A DNA stretch of 64,000 bases, taken from positions 1 through 64,000 of the forward strand of contig JBGSUI010000126.1 in NCBI GenBank assembly GCA_041736175.1. The letters are read 5' to 3'. The DNA comes from Oligoflexales bacterium (lineage in GTDB: Bacteria > Bdellovibrionota_B > Oligoflexia > Oligoflexales > CAIYRB01). Positions 43,899-53,687 of this stretch are shown here, piece after piece. Position 1 is the first letter of the stretch. Each line of letters starts with the position of its first letter. Made by a program: the position numbers and the translations under genes. The notes under the pieces are model-generated. The model was not told the origin of the DNA and searched no databases. It saw nothing but the letters and a program-made list of their open reading frames with translations.

Positions 43899-44279
43899 CT
43901 ACGCAGATCGGCGACCAGGTCTATGGGTGGTTGGTCTGAGAAGATGATCATGGATATCTTGGCAGACCAGCCGTGCTTCTTTGTTAAACAGAAGCTTTTG
44001 CAACGTTGCAAAAGGCACCGATACCTGATGACACTTAAGACACACCTGGGCTCCGAGCCAAGCCTCGATTCCCCGTTTGTCTGAAGGTCCTAAATCGATC
44101 GATTGGTCGATCACAGATGTCTCGTGTCCACAGGCGGAGCAATGATTTTTGTGAACGCTCTCCGCTTGGGCTTTTTCTTTTTCAGCCCGTTCTTCCTTAA
44201 GTCGCTGGACGAGTTCTGCGTCCTGTTTTCGAAAATACTCTTCTTCTGCTGCCCTAAAATCTGTACGTGGTTCTTTCAT
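43899..44279 (-). CDS. Zn-ribbon (zf-TFIIB-like) protein with charged N-terminal helix
   Basis: EEEYFRKQDAELVQRLK...CSACG...CLKC. Confidence 0.65.
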   Translation of the reverse strand: MKEPRTDFRAAEEEYFRKQDAELVQRLKEERAEKEKAQAESVHKNHCSACGHETSVIDQSIDLGPSDKRGIEAWLGAQVCLKCHQVSVPFATLQKLLFNKEARLVCQDIHDHLLRPTTHRPGRRSA

Positions 44280-44433
44280 AATGAGACCCTCCTCTTGACG
44301 CATACCTTAATGGAATGCCATATAAGAGATTCTTCGGAGTTTATGGGAAAGACTTAAATAATTTTAAAAATATTAATTATTTTAGATAAATGAGATGTCT
44401 TTTTAGGGAAGCCTTCAAACAGGGGAGTTTGCG

Positions 44434-46173
44434 ATGTCACAGGAACCTAGGATTCAGGGATCCCACCGGAGAGATTTAAAATCCCCTCTAGAGCAGGGAT
44501 TTACCACTAAAACCAAACCCTGGGCACTGCTGTCTGTGACCGACAAAAAGGGGCTTGTTGCGTTTGCTGGTGGACTCGTCCGCTTGGGCTACGGAATCCT
44601 CTCGACCGGAGGCACCGCTCAGACCTTGAAGGAGGCTGGGATCGAGGTCAAAGAAGTCGCTGATCACACCAAAAGCCCAGAGATCCTTGATGGCAGAGTC
44701 AAGACTCTGCATCCAAAGATCCATGGAGGCATTCTCTTTGACCGGCAAGATCCGGACCATCTCAAGGAGCTGGCGGTTTTAGACATCGAGGCGATCGACA
44801 TCGTTGTTGTGAATCTGTACCAGTTCGAAACAAAAGTTCCGGATATTAAAGTTCCCCTGGAAGAGGCGATTCATTCCATCGATGTGGGCGGACCCAGCAT
44901 GCTGCGGGCTGCGGCCAAAAACAGTCTCTTTGTGACCACTCTGGTCGATCCCAATGACTACGACCGTGTCCTCAAAGCCCTTGAGACCGGAGGAGTGTCA
45001 GGAGTTCTTCGCCTTGAGTTAGCGGCTAAAGTCTTTGAAAAACTCTCCAGCTATGACGGCAAAATCGCCCACTATCTTCGGAGCCAATGGAGCCAAAAGA
45101 CCCAGGCGCAGGTGACTCCGATTGAAACTGATAAGAATCGCGAGATGGAGCAGCCCTTTGCGCCCACCCTCCAAGAGACTCTAAGCCCGACTCCAGTCCC
45201 TCTGGTTCAGGCCTTGCGCTATGGTGAAAACGCCCAGCAAAAAGCCGCCCTTTTTGGCCGGCGGGAATGGGGAGGGTTTAGTGCTATGGATATCCTCCAG
45301 GGCAAAGAACTTTCCTATAATAATATCCTGGATCTCGACGCCGTGGTGCAGCTGACGGAAGAGTTTTGCGGCCAGGATGCCAATCTTCCACATCTGCCCC
45401 AAGCAGTCGTTGCGATCGTCAAACACACCAACCCTTGCGGCGTAGCGACCAGGGACGCGGGGTCCCGCCAACCTGGGGATCTAGCCGCACTTGTGGATAA
45501 GGCGCGGGCTTGTGATCCTAAATCAGCGTTTGGTGGGATCATCGCCACCAATCAGACCATCGACCAAGGGGCTGCCCTGGCGATGACTGAGTTTTTTGTG
45601 GAATGCATCGTGGCCCCGCAGATTTCCGACGAAGCTCTCGCGGTCTTTAGCCGCAAACCCAACCTCAGGGTCATCAAGATGGCCTTGGGTCGCAGCAGCA
45701 TAGGGCAACCGCCCCAAGTCAGGTCGGTCAAAGGTGGTATGCTCCTCCAGACTGCAGATGATGCTCCTATCCTCCAAAAAACCTGGAAACTGGTTACGAA
45801 ACGCCAAGGGGACTCAGTGATGATGGCCGACCTCCTGATGGCCGAAAAAGTCGCCAAACATGTCAAATCAAACGCCATCGTCCTGGTCAAAAACGGCCAA
45901 ACCATTGGGATTGGGGCCGGCCAGATGTCGCGGATTGACGCTGCGTTTATGGCCATCAAAAAAGCCCAGGAAGCCGGGTTTGAAGTCTCTGGTGCGGTTT
46001 TGGGGAGCGACGCTTTTTTCCCTTTTGGGGATACGGTGGAGTTTGCCGCCCAGCATGGCATCAGTGGTCTGATCCAACCGGGAGGATCGGTCAAAGACCA
46101 GGAGTCAGTCCAAGCTGCCGATACCCACGGCCTTGTGATGGTCTTTACGGGCGTGCGGCACTTTCGACACTAG
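44434..46173 (+). CDS. purH: Bifunctional AICAR transformylase / IMP cyclohydrolase
   Basis: ALLSVTDK, GRVKTLHPKIHGG, IDVGGPSMLRAAAKN, KHTNPCG, SDAFFPF, GVRHFRH. Confidence 0.97.
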   Translation: MSQEPRIQGSHRRDLKSPLEQGFTTKTKPWALLSVTDKKGLVAFAGGLVRLGYGILSTGGTAQTLKEAGIEVKEVADHTKSPEILDGRVKTLHPKIHGGILFDRQDPDHLKELAVLDIEAIDIVVVNLYQFETKVPDIKVPLEEAIHSIDVGGPSMLRAAAKNSLFVTTLVDPNDYDRVLKALETGGVSGVLRLELAAKVFEKLSSYDGKIAHYLRSQWSQKTQAQVTPIETDKNREMEQPFAPTLQETLSPTPVPLVQALRYGENAQQKAALFGRREWGGFSAMDILQGKELSYNNILDLDAVVQLTEEFCGQDANLPHLPQAVVAIVKHTNPCGVATRDAGSRQPGDLAALVDKARACDPKSAFGGIIATNQTIDQGAALAMTEFFVECIVAPQISDEALAVFSRKPNLRVIKMALGRSSIGQPPQVRSVKGGMLLQTADDAPILQKTWKLVTKRQGDSVMMADLLMAEKVAKHVKSNAIVLVKNGQTIGIGAGQMSRIDAAFMAIKKAQEAGFEVSGAVLGSDAFFPFGDTVEFAAQHGISGLIQPGGSVKDQESVQAADTHGLVMVFTGVRHFRH

Positions 46174-46174
46174 G

Positions 46175-46600
46175 TTAGGCGTCTTTTTCGCTGGTGACGG
46201 ATTTAACATAGAGATAGGCTACAGCGGTGCCGATGGTATAGGTAAAGAGGCTAAAGGCACCTTGAAATTCCCCTACAAGGCGTAGACCAAACCCAAGCTG
46301 GCAAAACACCATCCCCGAGACAAAGAGCGCCAAGTTTAAAACCAAAGGATAGACAGGCTTGAGAAGTTCGCCCTTAAGGAGGCTGGCCACAAAGAGCAGC
46401 GCCGCTAGGACTTCGAGCGCGGCAATGGAATAGAAAGATAGGGTCAGTCCTGGAAAGCTGGCGAGGAAGGATTTCCCAAACTGGTCGATAAACCACTGGG
46501 GGACGCCTCCTCCTGCAAACTTGCCAAACCCAGCAAGGGTGAATGTGGTCAGAAAGAGCCCGTAGACGGGGAGGAGCTTTAAAAGGCGGCTAATGTTCAT
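46175..46600 (-). CDS. DoxX-like 4-TM membrane protein
   Basis: AGFGKF...WFIDQFGKSF...ALEV; ATG 46600 with GGAG RBS. Confidence 0.65.
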   Translation of the reverse strand: MNISRLLKLLPVYGLFLTTFTLAGFGKFAGGGVPQWFIDQFGKSFLASFPGLTLSFYSIAALEVLAALLFVASLLKGELLKPVYPLVLNLALFVSGMVFCQLGFGLRLVGEFQGAFSLFTYTIGTAVAYLYVKSVTSEKDA

Positions 46601-46720
46601 AATTTCTCCAATTTCAAGTTGTACAAAACCTTTGCGGTTGGTGTTTTGCCAAATTTTAGGGTTTTTGTCGATAATAATATTCGTAAGACTTGTTTTCGGG
46701 GAGGAAGGCTTCTTGATTCC

Positions 46721-46740
46721 ATGTCTTATTTGTGAGACAT
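46721..46740. promoter_or_regulatory. Palindromic operator upstream of the higBA-like pair
   Basis: ATGTCTTA-TTTG-TGAGACAT, overlapping a TTGATT-N17-GACATT promoter candidate. Confidence 0.55.
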
Positions 46741-46747
46741 TGGAGGT

Positions 46748-47065
46748 ATGATTGAGGTCATCAAAGCTTGCGAAAAAGAAATAGCGGCGCTGCCGCAGAT
46801 CGTCCGCGAGGATCTGGCTGATGCCCTCGCTCGATTGGATGCCGGCCTTACTTTGGCAATGCCCCTTTCTCGACCGATGCCTGATATCGGGCGAGGCGTT
46901 CACGAGCTGCGGTTGCGTGACCGTAGTGGTATCTATCGAGTTTTCTATTTCATTCGCTCACGGGGAACGATCTTCCTCCTGCATGCCATGTGGAAGAAAA
47001 CGCAAGCAACGCCGCTTCAGACCATAAAACTTGTCAAAAAGCGCCTCCAGGAGGTTTTGCCATGA
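46748..47065 (+). CDS. Type II toxin, RelE/HigB (Gp49-like)
   Basis: MPLSRPMPDIGRGVHELRLRDRSGIYRVFY...LLHAMWKKTQATP. Confidence 0.9.
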   Translation: MIEVIKACEKEIAALPQIVREDLADALARLDAGLTLAMPLSRPMPDIGRGVHELRLRDRSGIYRVFYFIRSRGTIFLLHAMWKKTQATPLQTIKLVKKRLQEVLP

Positions 47066-47343
47066 AGAAGATGAAAACCAGTGAGCTAGCTAAGAGGCTC
47101 AACATCAGCCCTAGTCGCGCCCTCGAAGCGGTCATCAAAGCCCAATTGATTGCGGCTATCGTAAAGGCAGCTCAAAAGAAAGGGCTCACCCACGAGATCT
47201 TGTCGGAGCGCTCAGGGCTGCCGCGCAGCGCTGTAACCGGCATCTTGTCGGGCAGCGTTCAGAAGGTGACGATCAATCGGGTCTTGAAACTCGTAGAAGC
47301 TGCGGGTCTAGTGGCCGAGGTAAAAGTCAAGGACGCAGCTTAG
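47062..47343 (+). CDS. XRE-family antitoxin (HigA-like)
   Basis: ATGA overlap with the toxin stop; LTHEILSERSGLPRSAVTGILSG HTH. Confidence 0.85.
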   Translation: MKKMKTSELAKRLNISPSRALEAVIKAQLIAAIVKAAQKKGLTHEILSERSGLPRSAVTGILSGSVQKVTINRVLKLVEAAGLVAEVKVKDAA

Positions 47344-47410
47344 GCCCTGCTTAACAATAACTTACTGATTTGCATGCCAAAGCATTGCAAAGCACTTGTT
47401 GTAGACCACC

Positions 47411-47480
47411 GCGTCATCCCAAGCCAAGCGAAGGATCTGTCTGATATCATTGAGATCAATCGCTTCGCTCATGATGACGC
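47411..47480. repeat. CGTC-type REP-like extragenic palindrome
   Basis: GCGTCATCCCAAGCCAAGCGAAGGATCT...AGATCAATCGCTTCGCTCATGATGACGC, an imperfect long hairpin. Confidence 0.65.
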
Positions 47481-47683
47481 AAGGTGTTTTTTCCGTACTT
47501 GTTGAGAAGGTACCCTAGACCTTCTGAAAATCCGAAAAGGGTTCTAAAATATTTAGATTTGCCCGCAAATTTAGGGGCAAATATTACTATAGCTCCACTA
47601 CGGTTGCTTGCCACATCCTTCCCCAGTCTTATCGTACTTTCCTGACAGAATAGCCTCTTTGCCACCTGGTATTCTTTCCCAGT

Positions 47684-48403
47684 CTAGGGCGCGGTTCTCT
47701 TTACAGGTGGATGTGATTTATCTTTACAGTCACGGTTATTGTCTGTGCATTCTACCCACGTCACATTCCCGCTCGACTTATCAAATTGACATTGGTAAGA
47801 CAAGTTAAGGAACTCCGACGGGGTCAATAAGTAAGAAGTGTTACATCGATGATCTCCGCTTGCGCCTATTTGAAACCAAGGTGTAGTCCTTATTGCAATC
47901 CTCCCAGGAGGTTGGTAATAACATGCAATTTTGCAATTATATTCCTCGGTCATCCATAAGTCTTTCTGTTTTTTCAATTCTGCCTTGCACAGGGTCTCGG
48001 ATTTGCTCGTAATGTTACAAGACCTTTTCGGGTGGGAAATTCCCTTGTCATTACAGAGAAGGCCATCATCTCTCATATCTTCGCACTTTTCGTAGCATTT
48101 ATCTCCTAAAGGACCGGTCCAACCCCCGGGACAGCTATTATCACAGCTTATTTTGTTTACAGTCTCTTTTGGCAATCCCCCGAAGCGATAATCTATGCAT
48201 TCTCCTGTATCCGGATAGCCACTTGGATTGCTGTAGCGGCTGGCAGTCAAACTAGAACTATCAGTCAAATCATCACCCATCTTGCTATTACCGCTCTTGC
48301 AACCAAATGTTGCCGTTAAGAGTAAAGCGGTGCAAAGTGGTGCAAAGCGTCGTAAACCATTCAGCACTCCTATAACATTTTTGCTCATTCTTACAGTTTT
48401 CAT
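47684..48403 (-). CDS. Cysteine-rich lipoprotein
   Basis: Lipobox TFGC; many Cys in the mature region; AT-richer than the backbone. Confidence 0.7.
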   Translation of the reverse strand: MKTVRMSKNVIGVLNGLRRFAPLCTALLLTATFGCKSGNSKMGDDLTDSSSLTASRYSNPSGYPDTGECIDYRFGGLPKETVNKISCDNSCPGGWTGPLGDKCYEKCEDMRDDGLLCNDKGISHPKRSCNITSKSETLCKAELKKQKDLWMTEEYNCKIACYYQPPGRIAIRTTPWFQIGASGDHRCNTSYLLTPSEFLNLSYQCQFDKSSGNVTWVECTDNNRDCKDKSHPPVKRTAP

Positions 48404-48461
48404 GATAACTTGCCCTTTCGTGTTTAAATAATTATTAGTTTATCTATTGCACCTAACCTAA

Positions 48462-48477
48462 TGCATAAGATGTGCCA
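48462..48477 (-). promoter_or_regulatory. Putative sigma54 promoter
   Basis: TGGCACATCTTATGCA (GG-N10-GC), about 60 bp upstream of the Cys-rich lipoprotein gene. Confidence 0.55.
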
Positions 48478-48689
48478 TCGTATACAAGCTGCACTTATTT
48501 AAACTGTATCCTAGTTTTCAAGGCAAAAATGATACCTTGCTGCCGTTACGGATTGTATGCAAGTTTACCAAATGTCAAAACATTCCTTAGTTGACCAAGA
48601 TTTTGCCGACCAGGCGAATTCACAGGGGGACAACGACTGCGTGGAATGAGTGAGCACCAGGGAGGACAAACATCCATCACCAAGAGATA

Positions 48690-48806
48690 GGTCCCAAAAC
48701 CCCATTTAAATTCCTGGGTTTTGAAGTACGCTGGATCAAAGGCCGCAATGGCCGTCTGAGGCCAGTGTACAACCCGCGATTAGACCGCATTATCGAAAAT
48801 AAATAG
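48690..48806 (+). pseudogene. Possible remnant of a group II intron reverse transcriptase (RT7 region)
   Basis: GPKTPFKFLGFEVRWIKGRNGRLRPVYNPR*; no start codon and no YADD motif. Confidence 0.4.
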
Positions 48807-48939
48807 GTATGTTAAAATTGTGTTCTGGGAGAATGCTCATTTGAGCGTTCTCTGAGAAAATGAAAGGATCACAAACTTGAAGTGCTTAGGGTGTCTGCCT
48901 CCTGGACCTGGTAAGCCGACGTTTTGAGGAAATCCTCCT

Positions 48940-49575
48940 ATGGAAATAAAAGTATTATGCCAATTCCCCCGAAAGCGACTCAGCGTAGGTATTTTAAAGT
49001 ACGACGACAGTGAGTTTACCTTTGCCTATGATCTTGCTTGGCTAAATTATAAATATAATTTGCCCTTAGGTCCTGATCTCCCTTTACATACGAAAGAATA
49101 TCGATCTGCGACCCTCTTTCAGTCGTTTGCTCGGAGAATTCCTCCGCGCAACTCCGAAAATTACGCCCGCTACGCTAAGGATTGTGGAATCAGTATTAAC
49201 GAGAAAGATCCCATGATACTGCTCGGCACAGTGGCTCATATGGGAGCGTCGTCTTTTGTCTTCGAACTTGATTATAGCCAAGAACGCCAGGAGTATGTCT
49301 TGGTAAACATCCAGCGACTTGTTGACAGTCTCTCTTTTGAGATCGTAGCAGCAGGCTTTGGAGTCAACAAAACAGGTCTTTTTAAGCTCTTAAAAAAAGC
49401 TGTACAGCCTGAGAATTCAAACATCTATGATCTACTCGAAGTCTGTTTTTTCAACCGGCAAGCAGGGGTGTGGAAAATCAAACAGTCGCTCCTTGCACCC
49501 GACAATATGAAACACAAGCTGACCAAGGCCTTTTTGACTGTATTGGATGAGAATCCCTTTCGCAGGGAAACCTAG
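48940..49575 (+). CDS. HipA N-terminal (HipS-like) domain with HTH-like C-terminus
   Basis: VGILKYDDSEFTFAYD..W...PLGPDLPL...YRSATLFQSFARRIP...DPMILL; FEIVAAGFGVNKTGLFKL. Confidence 0.75.
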   Translation: MEIKVLCQFPRKRLSVGILKYDDSEFTFAYDLAWLNYKYNLPLGPDLPLHTKEYRSATLFQSFARRIPPRNSENYARYAKDCGISINEKDPMILLGTVAHMGASSFVFELDYSQERQEYVLVNIQRLVDSLSFEIVAAGFGVNKTGLFKLLKKAVQPENSNIYDLLEVCFFNRQAGVWKIKQSLLAPDNMKHKLTKAFLTVLDENPFRRET

Positions 49576-49717
49576 GTCATCCAATTTTAGACCAAGCAAC
49601 AACAGATCTACAATGTTTGGAAAGCCCTTGCGACCCCTGCAATCTTGGTGTTAAAACCCCTATAGTCGTAACGTCACCGCTATCACAAATCTCCTGATTG
49701 TTAGGTTTTTAAATACC

Positions 49718-52435
49718 ATGGTTCATCCCAAGATCTTAGAGCGTCTTAGTCATTGGTTTGTCGTCTCAACTGCTTTGGGGGCTCTCGCAGGCAATCCCCT
49801 CCCAGGGATCGCCCAAGGGTCGCCGCCAAAGGGGGCCGGATCCTCCGAAATGGAGCTCTTTGGTGACCTCTTTAGGCATGATGGTGGGTTCCCTATCCAT
49901 GGCGATCCGAGTGGCGATCAAAGAGATCTCATCGAAATTAAAAATCAATTTTTAGGAGACGATCCCCGCTACCGTGCGATTCCCATAGACGTAGTCCATT
50001 ACGGAATCAATCTGGATGTCAATCACCTTACCAGCGAAATCCAGGGACAAGTGCAGGTGGATTTTGTGGCCACTAAGTCAGGGGTCGCAGGCATCTCGCT
50101 TGATGCAAAGGAGCTGAGAATCCTCCGTGTCCAGGGTGAAACAGCAGAGACCCTGACTTTTAACCAAGAAGGCGATCTCCTTAATATTCAACTTAAAACA
50201 CTACTGGGTAAGGGCCAATCTTCTTCCGTGACAGTGGTCTACCAGACCATAGCGCCCCAGAGCCTTCATCTCACCGGACCCGATGCCTCGAGTCCTGAGC
50301 GTATGGCCGCGGCCTATACCTATACCCAGCCCGAGGAAACTCCAGCGTGGATGCCCTGTATCGACCGGCCTGATGACAAAGCTTCGATGGAAATTGAAGT
50401 CAGAGTTGCAGAAGGTCTCAGCGTCCTTAGTAATGGAAAGCTCCTGTCATCAACCTCTGAAAAGGGTAAATCACGCTGGGTTTACCGCATGGACGAACCC
50501 ATCGCCCCCTACTTGATCAGTCTCGCTATCGGATCCTACCAGCGGCTGTCTCTGGGAGATTTCCGAGGCAAACCTCTCCAGTTGTGGACGCCCCCTGCAC
50601 ACGCCCAGGCTTCCTTGCGGGAGACTGCAAATACTCGGCAGATGATGGAGATCTTTTCGAACTTTACGGGAGTGGAGTATCCCTTTGGGAGCTACTCCCA
50701 ATCCGTGGCAGAAACTTATCGAGGGTCCATGGAGCACCAGACCGCTACGACGATGGGTGGGGTGAGGATGTCGGGGGACGGGAGCGGTGAAGGTGTGGTG
50801 GCCCATGAGTTAGCCCACCAATGGTTTGGCGACTGGGTGACCTGTCGCACCTGGGGCGAGTTGTGGCTTAATGAGGGGTTTGCCAGCTATCTGCCCTATG
50901 TTTATGCCGAGAAAGCTGGACAACCCCTTCGGGAGTTAGGGCAGCTGGATTCCTGGCGTCAGGGATATTTTAAAGAGGCCAAAACCAAAGCCCGCGCCCT
51001 ATCGGAAAGCGATCCTGTGGTCGATACGATCTTTGATTCCCATGCCTACGATAAAGGGGCCTTGGTGATTCATCTTATGCGCGCACTGGCTCAGTCTAAC
51101 CTCGCTGATCGCGAGGGTTTGACAGAAGCCCTAAAACTCTACCTCACCCGCCATGGACGCGGCAACGCCACCAACTGGGATTTGCAACGGGCCTTAGAGG
51201 AGACGACAGGAGAGTCGTGGCAACTGTTTTTTGACCAATGGGTCCGGTCTCCAGGGCATCCACGGCTTGCCATCAATTATTCTAACCGGACGACCGCCAA
51301 CGGCCTAGAGCTAGTGCTCAACCTGCGACAGACCCAAACAACTCCCAACCAGACCAACCCCGAAACTCCCCCAGCAGAGGGCCATGTGGATCTTTCACCA
51401 TGGCGGACTTTTACGTTTCCTCTGGAAGTAGAGCTTTTGGATGAGTTTGGCCAAATCAAGACGGTCTCTCTGGATGTTTATGCCGAAGAGCAGCAGTTTG
51501 TGCTGCCCCGCTCCCACCCTGTCGTGGGGGTCGGCGTCGATCCTCGGTGGTTGGTGCCCGTGGAAGTCACCTTAGACCAGGGTGCAGATGCTTGGCTTCA
51601 CATCTTGCGGAGCTCACTTAATACCCCAAGCCGCTTGGCGGCTCTTCGTAGCCTGGCCCAGCTAAAGGTTTTAGCCCCGTCCCATCCCCAAGGACAAACG
51701 GCTTTTAATTTAATCCTAGGGGACCAAGATCCCTACATTAAGATTCAAGCCCTCGAAATCCTCATCCAAACCACTCCCGATTCCCCCTCGGCCGAGCTGT
51801 TGGCTTGGACCAAAACTCTGATCGAATCTCTCCGGGCCTTAAATCTTAAGGACTACCAGACCACTGGAGCTCTTGCCCGGGGACTTGAATGGCTGGTGAC
51901 CAAGGCTCTAGTTCCACCGACCCCTCAAGAGGAAGCCCGATGGCAAGAGGCTTTTTTAAAAGCCTCTTCCGTTGCCGAACGTTTCGCCTATCTCCGGATG
52001 CTCCATGTGGCCTCGGTTCCACGGACCCAAGAGTTTATCAAGGCGCGGCTCGGGGAATCCAGGTGGGTCACCCAAGACCGTAGCAATATGGTGAGTGAGC
52101 TGCTACGATTTCCTACTGAACTAAGCTTGGGTGTGTTGGGAGATCTTCTTCAAACCTCCCAAAACAGTCTTTTTCCCGCCCTGGTATTTGCAGAGGGGAT
52201 TTCCAAAAAATGGGATCAGCCGGCCCTGGTCAAGCCCAGTTTGACCTTATTGTCTCACCACACTAAACAGAGTGTCGCTAAGCAAGCTCTTACGTTTTTA
52301 TCGGGTCAAGACTCCAGCCGAGAAGAGATTTGTACCAAAATCAGCCCTTGGCTTACCCAACCACCGGCGTCATTGCGGGTCTTGTCTAAAGAGTTAGGAG
52401 AGGTCTTAGTCCGCTTGAAATGTGGCTCCACGTAA
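49718..52435 (+). CDS. M1 family aminopeptidase, exported, with helical C-terminus
   Basis: GSMEH (GAMEN-like), HELAHQWFGD...WLNEGFA, AYDKGA. Confidence 0.93.
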   Translation: MVHPKILERLSHWFVVSTALGALAGNPLPGIAQGSPPKGAGSSEMELFGDLFRHDGGFPIHGDPSGDQRDLIEIKNQFLGDDPRYRAIPIDVVHYGINLDVNHLTSEIQGQVQVDFVATKSGVAGISLDAKELRILRVQGETAETLTFNQEGDLLNIQLKTLLGKGQSSSVTVVYQTIAPQSLHLTGPDASSPERMAAAYTYTQPEETPAWMPCIDRPDDKASMEIEVRVAEGLSVLSNGKLLSSTSEKGKSRWVYRMDEPIAPYLISLAIGSYQRLSLGDFRGKPLQLWTPPAHAQASLRETANTRQMMEIFSNFTGVEYPFGSYSQSVAETYRGSMEHQTATTMGGVRMSGDGSGEGVVAHELAHQWFGDWVTCRTWGELWLNEGFASYLPYVYAEKAGQPLRELGQLDSWRQGYFKEAKTKARALSESDPVVDTIFDSHAYDKGALVIHLMRALAQSNLADREGLTEALKLYLTRHGRGNATNWDLQRALEETTGESWQLFFDQWVRSPGHPRLAINYSNRTTANGLELVLNLRQTQTTPNQTNPETPPAEGHVDLSPWRTFTFPLEVELLDEFGQIKTVSLDVYAEEQQFVLPRSHPVVGVGVDPRWLVPVEVTLDQGADAWLHILRSSLNTPSRLAALRSLAQLKVLAPSHPQGQTAFNLILGDQDPYIKIQALEILIQTTPDSPSAELLAWTKTLIESLRALNLKDYQTTGALARGLEWLVTKALVPPTPQEEARWQEAFLKASSVAERFAYLRMLHVASVPRTQEFIKARLGESRWVTQDRSNMVSELLRFPTELSLGVLGDLLQTSQNSLFPALVFAEGISKKWDQPALVKPSLTLLSHHTKQSVAKQALTFLSGQDSSREEICTKISPWLTQPPASLRVLSKELGEVLVRLKCGST

Positions 52436-52600
52436 TCGGAGGTCGTGATTTATTGTTGAATGATTCCCAATATAGCGCTTTGTTTGGTCTCAATCTTGCT
52501 GGGTAGTCCAACAAGTAAGGCTGTGGCAAAGTGCCGTGGCGAGATTGTTTGGGTATCAATAAAAACGGCCGTGAAAAAAGCCAAAACAGGTGTAAAAAAA

Positions 52601-53593
52601 ATGAGCAAATTGAAAAATCTTCAATCAAAGGTTGTGATTGTGGGGGTGCTCTCACTAATCGGCTGCGGTAAAAACTCGAATCATTCGAGTGAGGCAGCCG
52701 TAGCAGATGGCATAAGCAGTCCGGGTGCCGACACCAAGACGTGGTGGTCCAAAGGTGTGACGTCGACCCGTCTGTTACATAAAGCGGATATTAAGGTTGA
52801 GAGGGTTGAAGGTGGCTGGTTTAGTGATCCAATGCTAAAAGTTCAAATGGAAGTGCTATTGAACGTTCCGGGTGAACCGGCTGATAAGATTGTAAGTATT
52901 TTTCCAAAGTCTGGGAATAACTGGAGTCAAGGTGACAAACCCCTGAGCGAATTGGGCAAGGCATTTAACGATTTCGAGCCTAAATTTGTCAAAAAAATAA
53001 ATAACGGTCGTGAGTTATGGTCGGCTCATAAAGAAGTCCAAGTCAAGGATGTTTGGAGCGGAAGGAACAATTATCCTGTCCAAAAACTCCTCTTCAGCGT
53101 AACGACCAAATCTAGCGGTCACGAAGTGGCTGCTGAAATGCTAACCTTGGACCTCAGGGAGTCCGGGGTTGTCATGACTTCAGAGGTTTGGCAAAATGGT
53201 CATACCTGGGATAAATCTGCTTCGAAGTTGTGTGTTGAAGCCATCGGCAGAACAAATTGGGCTGAGTCACAAGGCGAGCTTGTATACCGAGTCGAAGGCA
53301 GCAATGAAACGCAGACGGAAAAGTTGGTACTGACTGATCCAAATGGGCTGTATAACGCTCATCCATACACGAATCCAAAAGGCAAATTTATCAATACAGA
53401 AAACGATAAAAGTTATCTCGTGATGTACAAAGCCTGTATTCCCATTAATAAGTGCGTCAACTACGTCTTGCGCCATAAGCGCGGCGAAGCGGAGTTACTC
53501 GGTTACCCTTATAGCTTGGACGACAATTTTGGTGAAACCTACCGCTACTGCCCGGTAACCGCGGCAATGGGTGATGGCGAAGCCAGTATCTGA
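52601..53593 (+). CDS. Hypothetical lipoprotein
   Basis: MSKLKNLQSKVVIVGVLSLIGC lipobox; beta-rich body. Confidence 0.65.
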   Translation: MSKLKNLQSKVVIVGVLSLIGCGKNSNHSSEAAVADGISSPGADTKTWWSKGVTSTRLLHKADIKVERVEGGWFSDPMLKVQMEVLLNVPGEPADKIVSIFPKSGNNWSQGDKPLSELGKAFNDFEPKFVKKINNGRELWSAHKEVQVKDVWSGRNNYPVQKLLFSVTTKSSGHEVAAEMLTLDLRESGVVMTSEVWQNGHTWDKSASKLCVEAIGRTNWAESQGELVYRVEGSNETQTEKLVLTDPNGLYNAHPYTNPKGKFINTENDKSYLVMYKACIPINKCVNYVLRHKRGEAELLGYPYSLDDNFGETYRYCPVTAAMGDGEASI

Positions 53594-53621
53594 ATCAGAC
53601 AGCATTAGACAGTCTAGATCA

Positions 53622-53672
53622 GAAGGGGACCCGAGATTTTCCACTCAAGGAAAAAGTACTCGCGTCCCCTTC
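53622..53672. terminator. Long hairpin between convergent genes
   Basis: GAAGGGGAC...GTCCCCTTC outer stem with inner TTTTCC/GGAAAA pairing. Confidence 0.5.
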
Positions 53673-53687
53673 CAGAGTCTCTTTAAA

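Noticed and set aside
43899..44279. Mitochondrial IF1-like ATPase inhibitor
   Set aside because: Similarity is limited to EEEYFRK in a low-complexity charged helix; the Zn-ribbon family explains the gene better.
46601..46903. N-terminal extension of the 242-aa minus-strand ORF
   Set aside because: Overlaps the toxin gene and its operator; ATG 46600 has an RBS.
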